Notes: a model not told the origin generated them from the sequence alone. Counted from the first letter of the stretch, positions 36,578-45,880 are shown. The stretch is 47,877 nucleotides of DNA from an uncultured Gammaproteobacteria bacterium (GCA_964567645.1 CAZMNE010000001.1:1-47877), one strand, 5' to 3'. A program made the numbers and translations.

Positions 36578-37231
36578 ATGGAAAAAACATTTGATAAAGA
36601 AAAAAATTATTCAATTAGCGAAGCTATTGAACTATGTAAAAATTTAAAAAAAGCTAAATTTGATGCTTCAGTAGAAGCTCATTTTCGCTTAGGAATTGAT
36701 ACTAAAAAAGGTGATCAACAGGTTAGATCAGCCGTAAGTCTTCCTCATGGAACTGGAAAAACAATAAAAGTAGCTGCTTTTGTTTCAATAGACAAAGAAA
36801 AAGCTGTTAAAGAAGCCGGGGCTGATATAGTTGGTGGAGAAGATTTAATCGAGGAAATTAAAAAAACCGAGAAAACTGACTTTGAAGTAGCTATTGCTGA
36901 CATGGATATGATGAAAAGTTTAGCTAAAATTGCTAAAATTTTAGGCACCAGAGGCCTTATGCCCTCACCCAAGAACGAAACAGTCACCAATAACCCTGTA
37001 AAGGCCGTAGAGGAGCTTAAAAAGGGTAAAATAAGCTTCAAGAACGACGATACTGGCAATGTTCATGCTATTATTGGAAAACTTAGCTTTGATAACAAAA
37101 AATTAGAAGAAAACCTAGAAACCTTAATTGATGCTATAAAAAAAGCAAAACCAACCTCATCTAAGGGTATCTATATAAAAAACCTGACCATTAATTCTAC
37201 TATGGGTCCAGGAATAAAAATTTCTTTATAA
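36578..37231 (+). CDS. rplA: 50S ribosomal protein L1
   Basis: FDASVEAHFRLGID..QQVR..LPHGTGK, MPSPK. 217 aa, follows rplK. Confidence 0.94.
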   Translation: MEKTFDKEKNYSISEAIELCKNLKKAKFDASVEAHFRLGIDTKKGDQQVRSAVSLPHGTGKTIKVAAFVSIDKEKAVKEAGADIVGGEDLIEEIKKTEKTDFEVAIADMDMMKSLAKIAKILGTRGLMPSPKNETVTNNPVKAVEELKKGKISFKNDDTGNVHAIIGKLSFDNKKLEENLETLIDAIKKAKPTSSKGIYIKNLTINSTMGPGIKISL

Positions 37232-37244
37232 GATAAAGTATTTT

Positions 37245-37276
37245 AAAAAAGTCATCATTAATTTGATGACTTTTTT
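37245..37276. terminator. bidirectional rho-independent terminator between rplA and uppP
   Basis: A6 run, stem GTCATCA (37251-37257) / TGATGAC (37264-37270), T6 run. Confidence 0.8.
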
Positions 37277-37302
37277 GTTTTACCGTCAAGCTCTAATTAT
37301 TT

Positions 37303-38115
37303 TTACAATACATATAAAAATAAAAACAATACCACTCCAAGCAATATTCTATACCAACCAAAGATAGAAAAATTATTTTTCTTAATAAACTTTAATAAAA
37401 ACTTAATACTAATCCAAGCAACTATAAAAGAAGCTACAAAACCGATTATTAAGAAAATGATCTCTTCTAAACTAAAACTAAATCCAGTTTTAACTAAATC
37501 CAAAGAAGAGGCTGCTAGCATTGTCGGGATAGCTAATAGAAATGAAAACTCCACTATCACCAAACGACTAACCCCCATTGATAAGCCTCCTAAGATTGTA
37601 GCAGCTGATCGAGAAACTCCTGGGACTATAGCTAAAGCTTGAAAAATACCAACAACAAAACATTGCTTATAGCTCATAACACTAATGTCAACCTCAGTAT
37701 TATCTCCTAGGGCATCTTTTGCTTCCCTATTTTTTTCTTGATATTTTTTTTCCAAGAAAACAATAGCAATACCACCCAAAAATAAAGCTAAGGCAATTAT
37801 CTCTAGGCTTTCTTGTAAAAAATTTTTTACTAAACTATATCCCAATAATCCAATAATGGCGGTCGGAATAAAAGCAGTCATTAATTTTTTAAAATAAATA
37901 ACCTTATTACTCCAAAGTTTTTTCCAATACAAAATAATAACGGCTAAAATAGATCCAAATTGGATTATAATGATAAAACTTTTTAGAAATTCTGTTATTT
38001 CCAAATCCAATAAACTAGCCCCTAAAATAAGATGCGCGGTTGAAGAAATTGGTAAAAATTCGGCAAAGCCTTGTATTATTCCTAATACAAGGCTTTTTAT
38101 AAAAAAGATAGTCAT
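37303..38115 (-). CDS. uppP: undecaprenyl-diphosphate phosphatase (BacA/UppP)
   Basis: GIIQGFAEFLPISSTAHL and PGVSRSAATI motifs, 8 TM helices. 270 aa. Confidence 0.9.
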   Translation of the reverse strand: MTIFFIKSLVLGIIQGFAEFLPISSTAHLILGASLLDLEITEFLKSFIIIIQFGSILAVIILYWKKLWSNKVIYFKKLMTAFIPTAIIGLLGYSLVKNFLQESLEIIALALFLGGIAIVFLEKKYQEKNREAKDALGDNTEVDISVMSYKQCFVVGIFQALAIVPGVSRSAATILGGLSMGVSRLVIVEFSFLLAIPTMLAASSLDLVKTGFSFSLEEIIFLIIGFVASFIVAWISIKFLLKFIKKNNFSIFGWYRILLGVVLFLFLYVL

Positions 38116-38117
38116 AC

Positions 38118-41100
38118 TTATTTAACAGCTAATTCAAAAAATTCATCCAATAATTCAACTGTAATTTCTGATTTTTCCGAAGAGATAAAATTAATCCAAT
38201 CTAAATTATTTTCAACTTGGCTAATTAAAACATTTCTGTAAGCCCAAGAATTAACTATCCTCCATTCTCCATCGGTTTGAGGAAGTTTATTATAGTTCTT
38301 AACAAATAATTCTATAGCCCATTTTTCTCTAGCAATACTTCTTTCTATTGGTAAAATACCATAAGAAAATCTTAAAAATTGATTTAACTCTAAAATTAAA
38401 TTATTTTCATCAATTTTAGTAATATTATTTTCCTTAATAATATTATTTAATCGATAAAAATTACCTAAAAACTTTGGTTCTAATTCAGAATTTCTAATAA
38501 GCGGCACCCTATTATTAGCTATCTTTAAAACATCCTCAATGTCAGACTCTGTTTCTGGGACACTTCCCTTAACGTTAGTATAATTTATTACAGTAGCGGC
38601 TCTTTGCCCCTCACCCAATCTAATCGTGCTCTCTGTCCCATAGGCTAAATAATTTTTTAAGGATGTTTTTACTTCCGGAGTACTAGCTCTAATAAATAAA
38701 CTTTGGTGTTTAACTTCAACTTTTTTTTCTAGCTCCTCATCAGCTTTTTCAACGTTTACCGATGTTAATAATAATATCTTAACCTCAGCCTCAGGGCTCT
38801 TATCAACCATTTGAGCTTCAGTTAATAATTTAGCATCAACAACCCTAGCGTCTTCCTTGGATATGATTGCTAAATTTTCCTTTTTTGTATCAATTTTTTC
38901 TCTAATTAATTCTCCAGTTATGGGATTATAAACCTCTTTATACTCTGGTTCAATTGGCTTTGTTTCTACAACAGGAGTAGATGGATTATCTTTATGCTGA
39001 AGTATTGGTTTAGAAATTATTTGAAATTTTGCCGGAAAAATATTGCAATAACTATCTACAAAATTTAAAACTATTGACTGATCAACGGGATAAGAAACTA
39101 ATTTACCAGAAGAATAACTAAAAGCCGGAATATACAAAGAGTTACCTTTAATAATAAAATTACGATATTTATCGCTATCTTCAATATTTATATAAGCAAT
39201 CCTATTTGTTTCAGTTTTGTCGATTACATCAATTTTTTTATTAATCTCAGAGACTACATCGGTTTTTAATTTTTCATCTCCAATAATAACAGGCTCTTTT
39301 TCCTTAGAATTATCTAAATTAAAATTTATTTTAAAATATCTTAAATTCTTTAAACCAGAAAAAGAAGAAATATTTTGATTAATATATTTTTTTTGAATTT
39401 CTGAATTAATTAAATAATTAAAATACAAAACTCCAATCTTTTTCTGGCTATATTTATCTAGATATTCGTCATCAAAAGAAAAAATCTCAATCGGCAAACT
39501 TATTAATTCATTATTCTTTTTACAAACACTTATAAGATCCAAATCTACGTTAAAATGATATTGATAATTATTTTTAGTTATTTCATCCGAATAATCAATT
39601 TCCCAATTAGTATTAGTAGTTTTATTCTTCCAGTAACCGGAACCATCTTTTTCTTTTACATAACAAGCGACTGGATAATAAAAATCAATTTCTCTGTCTC
39701 TGTTAAATAAATAAACTAAGTTGTTATTCTGATCTAAAAAATTATAATCATAATCCCGGCCATCAACCTCAAACTTTAAAGAATTTAATTTTGGCTTTTC
39801 TGAGTCTAGAGCTAAAGTGAATCTAATATATCTACAATCAGGATTTAATTCTTTCATATATTCAAGATCCTTCGGAAAAAGATACTTATTGTTTAATTGT
39901 TCATCAACCAAATAATCACCCTTTTCTTGCTGATAAAAGAAAGTATTAGAATTAAAGCTAATTTTTCCATCTGAAGCTGATAAGGCCTCATTATTAAATA
40001 AAAATTGCTTAGCTGGAAAAGCTTTTATATTCGAATGAGAGGATCCATCAGATAAAGAAAAAGAAGTAGAAATAATTTTTTCTATTATTATTAAACCACT
40101 ACTATCTTTAATCCTAACTATTAAAGAAAAATCTTTTAAAACTTGATTATAATAAGGGATAAACTGCTTAGAATCATCTAATTGAGCTACAGCAAAATAA
40201 AATTTAATTAATTTATTTTCTTGATCATATTGTATCACAAAATCTTTGCTATCCGGATTATAAGAAGATCCATTTATTAAGAAAGAAAGACTAGCAACAT
40301 CCCTGGCCTCCTCTTCCGTTAAATTAAAGGAGGTGTCCAGATATCTGAACTGATGATCTCCTACTCCCTGCTCTTTGGATAAATTTAATTCTTTATAATT
40401 AGTAGAACCATCTTTATTTAAAATAATATCACTAACCTCCATCTTGCCGTCATAAATTTTTGTTAATGTATGTGGAATTAATTGACTAGAAATGTGATTT
40501 AAGGTTACATTTGAGGGTTGTTTTTGTTTGACATCCTCAATTAAAGCATTAACTTCTTTTTCTCCTACAAGACTACCTTTGCTATCAAAAAATTGAATTA
40601 ATAATTTTTGGGAATTATTTTCTAATGGAGTCCAATTAATTTTATCAGCCCTAGAGGCTAAGGCAAAATCAACTGAAATACTAGAACCAGATGAAGAAAA
40701 ATCATGATAGAATACCTTGCCTCCATCTATAGTCCAAGAGGCAGTCATGGCTTCTGGATAGGGATTGGAGATTATAGCAGTAAAATAGCCAATATCTTCT
40801 CCTAATTGACCCATGGCCTGATTATTAAAAGAAAAATTTAATAAATTTGAAAAAGTTCCATTATAGTCTAGTTCCCCTAAACTTTTTATAACGATTAAGC
40901 CATTGGAAATTTCTGCAAAATTGCTCAATTCCTTAGGATCTTTTATAGAAATAAATTCCTTAGCTAAAGCATTAGATTCTTTTATAATATTAAAAGAGAA
41001 ATTAACTTCTTGCTCACCTATTATGGAATTTTTCTCGTCTAATAGCCTAACAACTAAATTAAAATTCTGAGCACTTTCATAATAGGGATAAAAATTTTTA

Positions 41101-42035
41101 GAAAAATCTTCCTTAGCAATAGCAAAATAAACATTAATCTTTTCTTTTTCAGAATTAATTAAAAAAACATCATTATTTACTTGAAGCTCTTTCCCATTAA
41201 TAAAAAACTTTAAAGAAGAATAATCTTGATTAAGTTTTAGTAAAAAATCAAAATACCTGTTAGTTGATAATCCTATCATCTGCTCTTTTGATAATGTCAA
41301 GTCTTTATTGTCAGTACTTCCATCAGCCTTTAATACAATGTCACCAAAATTAATTGATCCATCCAATATTGTTGGATTTAAAATTTCTTCCGGAAAAAGT
41401 AATCCAGGCTTAATATTATCAGCAATAAAATTAGTTGGTTTTTGTTGTTTTATAGAGCTATTAGAAATAACCAAAGTTTTTATCCCTAATTCATTGCCAT
41501 CCTTATCAATAAACTTCATTAATAAATTTTGTGTTCCCCAATCAATCGGAGTCCAATTAACTCCATCTTTTTTTTCAGCCAAAGGATGATCAATATCAAA
41601 AGACCCATCAACCAAATTATAAGTATGTTGTTTATCGTTATTAACAACATAAACCACGCTCGCGGCTTCTGGATATGGAGATATAATGTTAAATCTAAAA
41701 TAACCAATATTTGATCCATAAAAACCATCTACTTGATCAGAAAAACTAAAATCAATAATCTCTTTAAGTGCTCCAGAATAACTTAATTCAGATATACCAT
41801 TAATATTTATCATTCCATTGGAGAGCGATGTCACTTTATCGGCTGTACTTGGATCTTTGTATTTAACAAACTCAACCGGCAAAAGATCATCAGCAGCTCG
41901 AGCACTAAAATTCTCAAAAACAAAAGGATTATTAAAGCGACTGTCTATCATAGCTTTAATATTGATAAAATGAATAGAAGAGACCACTAAAATCGAATAA
42001 AAAAATATTCGAAGAAAAAGATTTTTTGTTGTCAT
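38118..42035 (-). CDS. 1305-aa exported repeat protein of unknown function
   Basis: N-terminal signal/anchor (LFLRIFFYSILVVSSIHFINIKA). Two homologous modules of about 305 aa (residues about 55-355 and 360-665) share blocks such as SNG.I.I...ELxYxG, GYF..IISxPYPEA, INWTP, YF.A.A..D.SK.F.PYY. Stop lies 2 nt before the uppP start. Confidence 0.8.
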   Translation of the reverse strand: MTTKNLFLRIFFYSILVVSSIHFINIKAMIDSRFNNPFVFENFSARAADDLLPVEFVKYKDPSTADKVTSLSNGMININGISELSYSGALKEIIDFSFSDQVDGFYGSNIGYFRFNIISPYPEAASVVYVVNNDKQHTYNLVDGSFDIDHPLAEKKDGVNWTPIDWGTQNLLMKFIDKDGNELGIKTLVISNSSIKQQKPTNFIADNIKPGLLFPEEILNPTILDGSINFGDIVLKADGSTDNKDLTLSKEQMIGLSTNRYFDFLLKLNQDYSSLKFFINGKELQVNNDVFLINSEKEKINVYFAIAKEDFSKNFYPYYESAQNFNLVVRLLDEKNSIIGEQEVNFSFNIIKESNALAKEFISIKDPKELSNFAEISNGLIVIKSLGELDYNGTFSNLLNFSFNNQAMGQLGEDIGYFTAIISNPYPEAMTASWTIDGGKVFYHDFSSSGSSISVDFALASRADKINWTPLENNSQKLLIQFFDSKGSLVGEKEVNALIEDVKQKQPSNVTLNHISSQLIPHTLTKIYDGKMEVSDIILNKDGSTNYKELNLSKEQGVGDHQFRYLDTSFNLTEEEARDVASLSFLINGSSYNPDSKDFVIQYDQENKLIKFYFAVAQLDDSKQFIPYYNQVLKDFSLIVRIKDSSGLIIIEKIISTSFSLSDGSSHSNIKAFPAKQFLFNNEALSASDGKISFNSNTFFYQQEKGDYLVDEQLNNKYLFPKDLEYMKELNPDCRYIRFTLALDSEKPKLNSLKFEVDGRDYDYNFLDQNNNLVYLFNRDREIDFYYPVACYVKEKDGSGYWKNKTTNTNWEIDYSDEITKNNYQYHFNVDLDLISVCKKNNELISLPIEIFSFDDEYLDKYSQKKIGVLYFNYLINSEIQKKYINQNISSFSGLKNLRYFKINFNLDNSKEKEPVIIGDEKLKTDVVSEINKKIDVIDKTETNRIAYINIEDSDKYRNFIIKGNSLYIPAFSYSSGKLVSYPVDQSIVLNFVDSYCNIFPAKFQIISKPILQHKDNPSTPVVETKPIEPEYKEVYNPITGELIREKIDTKKENLAIISKEDARVVDAKLLTEAQMVDKSPEAEVKILLLTSVNVEKADEELEKKVEVKHQSLFIRASTPEVKTSLKNYLAYGTESTIRLGEGQRAATVINYTNVKGSVPETESDIEDVLKIANNRVPLIRNSELEPKFLGNFYRLNNIIKENNITKIDENNLILELNQFLRFSYGILPIERSIAREKWAIELFVKNYNKLPQTDGEWRIVNSWAYRNVLISQVENNLDWINFISSEKSEITVELLDEFFELAVK

Positions 42036-42088
42036 AAAATGAAAATTAATGCTAATTTTTATATTTAATTATTTTTAAATTATATCAC

Positions 42089-44608
42089 TTAGTTTATAGA
42101 ACGTAAAGCTATTTCTTTTAAAATGACATCACGATCTTTTCCGTATTTGTAGCGGCTTAATTGTCTAACAGCCTCAGCCAAACCATCTTTTTTTTCTCCC
42201 ATTAATGGCCAAATTGTTTGCAAGGAGAAAGGTCGAACTGATTGACCGTCAACTAATAATTTAACAAAAGCCCCACGACCAACATTTACTAAATCATATT
42301 CATTAAATACTGGGCCAAATTCCTTGACTAAAAGCTCAGCGTCCTCCGATCCAACTCTAAAACTTACCATAGTTCCAACGTTTCCAAAAACAGCATCTTT
42401 AATTTGAGTATCCTGGTTTTTACTAAGCTGACCAATATATTGATGAGCAATATTTAAACATAGAGCATATTTTCTAGCCTCTGATAAAATTTGACAGATA
42501 GAATTAGTGGTAAAGTTTTGAAACTCATCGATATATAGATAAAAATCTTTTCTCTGTTCTTGCGGAATATCAGTTCTAGATAAGGCTGCCATTAATATTT
42601 TTCCCACAATAATCATACCCAAAAGATAAGCGTTTGATTCTCCAATAGATCCTTTAGGCAAATCTACCATTAATATTTTTTGACTATCCATTAAATCTCT
42701 AAAATTAAAAGCACTGTTTTGTTGACCAATAATTGGCATCATCATGTCATTAGAAACAAAAGGTGTTAACTTAGAAGTAATATAAGGAACCATATTAGCT
42801 AAGGCCGCCTCTCCCCCAGCTTTTTCGGCCTCTTTTTGCCAAAAATCAACTACCGTTTTATTCTTACAAAGATTTAATTTCATTCGACGAAAATCTTCAT
42901 CCGCTAAAACTTTAGATATCTCCATTAAGGTTGAACCAGTTTCTGGACTATCCATAATTAACAATAAAGCATTTCTCATATATTGTTCAAACATCGGCCC
43001 ACCAGTAGCCTTAAGGTCATATAACTTATCAAAAATTCCTATCATTTCATTAATAACAAAAGTTTTTTGTTCTGGATAACGAGGATCATATTCTAATAAA
43101 TTTAATCCGATAGGTCTTTGGGTGTCAGCTGGAGAGAAAATAATTACATCCTCAGCTCTCTCTGGCGGAATACGATTTAAAATATCTTCAATCAGGTCTC
43201 CATTGGGATCCATTACGCAAACACCATGACCATTTTGAATATCTTGAATAGCTAAATTATTTAACAAAACAGATTTACCAGTACCAGATTTACCAACTAT
43301 ATACATGTGACGACGACGATCAACCGATTTAATTTTAACATCAGTTTTAATTCCTCTGTACACATTATAGCCAAGAATAATTCCATCTTTAGGAATATTA
43401 CTTGGAGCTGGGGCTGTTTTTGAAGTTAACCAATCAATATTAGGCGTTTCGGTATGAGGTAAGGGAAAATGAAACATACTTACTAATTCCTGGGTACTTA
43501 ATAAAAAACTTTGTCTCTCAATAAATCGTCGATAAATAAAATTATTAATAATATCTTCTTGATTTAATTTTTTAACTTTTCTAAAATAATTTCCATATTG
43601 ATAATAGGTATACTCACTGAAAGCATTAGTAATATTATCAAAAAATAAATTTGTTTTTTCTTGACTATCAGAACTAACTACCACCCTAAGATTAACATCT
43701 AAACCTGGCTTAGCATTTTTATCTTCCATTTTTTTTAACATCTCTCTCTCCTTCTCGGTTAACTCTTTTTTGTTTCCATCCATTTCTGGGCCTTTTTCGG
43801 CCTTCCCCATATTAAATAATCCCAACACAACATCATAAACTAGAAAATTTATTGTGTTATGAAAAGCTGAGCTACTGTTTCTAAAAATTTCGCTAACATC
43901 GTTTTTCTTATAAGCATTTAAAACAGATCTTTTTAATTTAGCATGCCAGTCTTTCTTAGCGCTTCTAACCACATATTGGATAGCAATACTTTCGTCGTTT
44001 TCTAGTTTTGACATTACATTTATTAAAGAATCCATGGGATCAGATTCCATGTCTTTATAATCTAAAAATGGAAAAATAAAGCTACGACCAGCCTTAAAAC
44101 GACCAGCCTTAATATAGCCCTGAGGATTAAAAGCATTATAATCATCTATCAACTCAACCGAGGCCTCAGGATAATAGGCATGAATTTGCTGTTCCACATA
44201 AAGAGCTTTATCTTTAGGAGCAGTAAGATAAAAAGAAATCTTACTTTTATTAGCGACTATTTCAAAAGAAAAATTATCATTTCTACCAAAAAACCAGTCT
44301 ATAATACTTTTTTTAACCCTCAATCCACCAATACTAGCAAAGATATTTTCTCCCCTGGAAATCTCCTCTTGTAATTGCTGAATAGTCAAGGAAGAATCAT
44401 GATCCTTAGGTTTTTCCTTGGGAAGCCTAACTAAAAATATAGAATTATTATTATTTTTATTTCTAACAGAAAAATATTTTATAAAATATCTAACTATAAA
44501 TAAAATAATTAAGAGAAATAAAAATATACCTAAAAAATATAGGTAATCCAGATTTCTTTCTACAAGCATCTCGCCTTCTTGAGATAATTGAGTAGTAAGG
44601 TCATTCAT
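42089..44608 (-). CDS. membrane-anchored TraD/TrwB/VirD4-type (FtsK/HerA superfamily) ATPase
   Basis: One TM helix (YLYFLGIFLFLLIILFIV) and an unassigned domain of about 380 aa. Walker A VGKSGTGKS (43271-43297), Walker B FYLYIDEFQNF, C-terminal AHQYIGQL..FGNVGTMVSFRVG block typical of coupling proteins. Confidence 0.8.
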   Translation of the reverse strand: MNDLTTQLSQEGEMLVERNLDYLYFLGIFLFLLIILFIVRYFIKYFSVRNKNNNNSIFLVRLPKEKPKDHDSSLTIQQLQEEISRGENIFASIGGLRVKKSIIDWFFGRNDNFSFEIVANKSKISFYLTAPKDKALYVEQQIHAYYPEASVELIDDYNAFNPQGYIKAGRFKAGRSFIFPFLDYKDMESDPMDSLINVMSKLENDESIAIQYVVRSAKKDWHAKLKRSVLNAYKKNDVSEIFRNSSSAFHNTINFLVYDVVLGLFNMGKAEKGPEMDGNKKELTEKEREMLKKMEDKNAKPGLDVNLRVVVSSDSQEKTNLFFDNITNAFSEYTYYQYGNYFRKVKKLNQEDIINNFIYRRFIERQSFLLSTQELVSMFHFPLPHTETPNIDWLTSKTAPAPSNIPKDGIILGYNVYRGIKTDVKIKSVDRRRHMYIVGKSGTGKSVLLNNLAIQDIQNGHGVCVMDPNGDLIEDILNRIPPERAEDVIIFSPADTQRPIGLNLLEYDPRYPEQKTFVINEMIGIFDKLYDLKATGGPMFEQYMRNALLLIMDSPETGSTLMEISKVLADEDFRRMKLNLCKNKTVVDFWQKEAEKAGGEAALANMVPYITSKLTPFVSNDMMMPIIGQQNSAFNFRDLMDSQKILMVDLPKGSIGESNAYLLGMIIVGKILMAALSRTDIPQEQRKDFYLYIDEFQNFTTNSICQILSEARKYALCLNIAHQYIGQLSKNQDTQIKDAVFGNVGTMVSFRVGSEDAELLVKEFGPVFNEYDLVNVGRGAFVKLLVDGQSVRPFSLQTIWPLMGEKKDGLAEAVRQLSRYKYGKDRDVILKEIALRSIN

Positions 44609-44610
44609 AA

Positions 44611-45129
44611 TTATTTTTTATCTTTATCTTTTTTTAGTTTTAAAATTTTATCTGTTTTTATTTTTGCTTCTTGTTCTAAAAAATGTTTATTAACTTTAGG
44701 AATATTTTTCAACCATCTTCTTATTAACTCAATAATCTTTCTAACCTTAACTTTAGTTTGACTTAATAATTTATTTATCTTATTTACTGTTTCAACTCCC
44801 TCTTCTTGAAATTTTTTTTGCTGCTTAGGTGTCATGCTCATAAAAACATCATTTAAACCATCGGACAAGATTATATCAATTTGTTTTCTTCTCTCTTCTT
44901 CAGAGCTGATTACAATCGGAGCTGGGGCAGCAGAAGAAGAAATTATTTTCTCCTCTTCTTCTTTTTGATCCTTTTTTTCTGGCCTCTTCTCAATATCAAC
45001 AACTTCTTTTTCAAAAGAAGACTCTTTAGTTTTTTCTCCTTTTTCTAAATCAAAATCACCATCTTCAAAAGAAGGCGGAATTATATCAATCTTTTCTTGT
45101 TCAAACCCTTTATTTAAATCTTGAGCCAT
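44611..45129 (-). CDS. 172-aa highly charged hypothetical protein
   Basis: Acidic N-terminal half, Lys-rich helical C-terminal half, no TM helix. 2 nt upstream of the ATPase and 4 nt downstream of the ferredoxin ORF. Confidence 0.6.
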   Translation of the reverse strand: MAQDLNKGFEQEKIDIIPPSFEDGDFDLEKGEKTKESSFEKEVVDIEKRPEKKDQKEEEEKIISSSAAPAPIVISSEEERRKQIDIILSDGLNDVFMSMTPKQQKKFQEEGVETVNKINKLLSQTKVKVRKIIELIRRWLKNIPKVNKHFLEQEAKIKTDKILKLKKDKDKK

Positions 45130-45133
45130 ATTA

Positions 45134-45310
45134 TTATTCCACTTTAATAGCCTCTACTGGACAACTATTGGCAGCATTTCTAGCACAATCAATATCCTGC
45201 TGACTAATAACTTCAGACTTACCCATAGAATTCATTTTAAAAATTTTAGGACACATATTAACACACATGCCACACCCGATACATTTATTTTGATCAATTT
45301 TTATTGACAT
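45134..45310 (-). CDS. 58-aa monocluster 4Fe-4S ferredoxin (below the ORF-track length cut-off)
   Basis: My translation: MSIKIDQNKCIGCGMCVNMCPKIFKMNSMGKSEVISQQDIDCARNAANSCPVEAIKVE. It shows CxxCxxCxxxCP plus a distal C..CP, the pattern of small single-cluster ferredoxins. Confidence 0.75.
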   Translation of the reverse strand: MSIKIDQNKCIGCGMCVNMCPKIFKMNSMGKSEVISQQDIDCARNAANSCPVEAIKVE

Positions 45311-45378
45311 AATAATAACAATTCATAGGCAAAGAAATTACCTATAAATTTAATTAATTTTTATTAAACTTCCTAATA

Positions 45379-45407
45379 ATTATAATACATTTTAAAATAA
45401 TTGACAA
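45379..45407 (-). promoter_or_regulatory. candidate promoter TTGTCA-17 nt-TATAAT for the ferredoxin/ATPase operon
   Basis: On the minus strand: -35 at 45407-45402, 17-nt spacer, -10 at 45384-45379. The -35 overlaps the -35 of the divergent rpmA promoter. Confidence 0.5.
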
Positions 45408-45429
45408 GTAAAAATAACTTTGTTATATT
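45401..45429 (+). promoter_or_regulatory. candidate promoter TTGACA-17 nt-(TGT)TATATT for rpmA
   Basis: TTGACA 45401-45406, 17-nt spacer ending in TGT, TATATT 45424-45429, 41 nt upstream of the ATG at 45471. Confidence 0.55.
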
Positions 45430-45470
45430 ATATTAGTAAAAAATATAATAAATAATAAAATTTAAAAAAT

Positions 45471-45746
45471 ATGGCACATAAAAAAGCTGGTGGATCAACC
45501 TCGTTAGGCCGTGATTCCCATAGTAAACGTCTAGGAGTTAAATTAGCCGATGGACAAAAGGCTAAAACTGGCTCCATTATTATTCGCCAACGTGGAACTA
45601 AATACCATCCTGGTGAAAATGTAAAAAAAGGAAAAGATGATACCCTGTTTGCAACAACTACTGGAACAGTAAAATTCAAAACCAAAAAAGCCAAAAAATT
45701 TAATGGACGATTAATCAATACTAAAGTAGTTAATGTAGCAAAATAA
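45471..45746 (+). CDS. rpmA: 50S ribosomal protein L27
   Basis: [37 protein letters not shown] signature. 91 aa. No rplU adjacent. Confidence 0.96.
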   Translation: MAHKKAGGSTSLGRDSHSKRLGVKLADGQKAKTGSIIIRQRGTKYHPGENVKKGKDDTLFATTTGTVKFKTKKAKKFNGRLINTKVVNVAK

Positions 45747-45764
45747 TACTAAAAAATATAAAAA

Positions 45765-45793
45765 AAGATAAGGTTAAACTCTTGTCTTTTTTT
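45765..45793 (+). terminator. weak rho-independent terminator after rpmA
   Basis: Stem AAGATAAG (45765-45772) / CTTGTCTT (45781-45788) with one G:U pair, 8-nt loop, T-run to 45793. Confidence 0.5.
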
Positions 45794-45820
45794 GTTATTT
45801 AATATTAGATAAAATAAAAA

Positions 45821-45863
45821 ACCCCCATGTTCTCTTTTTGAGAAACACGAGGGTTAGCCTATG
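45821..45863 (-). terminator. rho-independent terminator of the beta-barrel-like gene
   Basis: Minus-strand hairpin CCCUCGUGUUUCUC / GAGAACAUGGGGG, about 13 bp with one bulge and G:U pairs, followed by a U-rich run (plus-strand A-run 45821-45831). Confidence 0.65.
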
Positions 45864-45880
45864 ACAGACACACAACTTTT

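Noticed and set aside
41308-41728. Three small ORFs on both strands (41308-41589, 41519-41728, 41529-41714) inside the 1305-aa gene.
   Set aside because: They are embedded in a long uninterrupted ORF whose internal-duplication signal supports the long frame.
45428-45718. 96-aa minus-strand ORF.
   Set aside because: It is entirely antisense to the unmistakable L27 gene.
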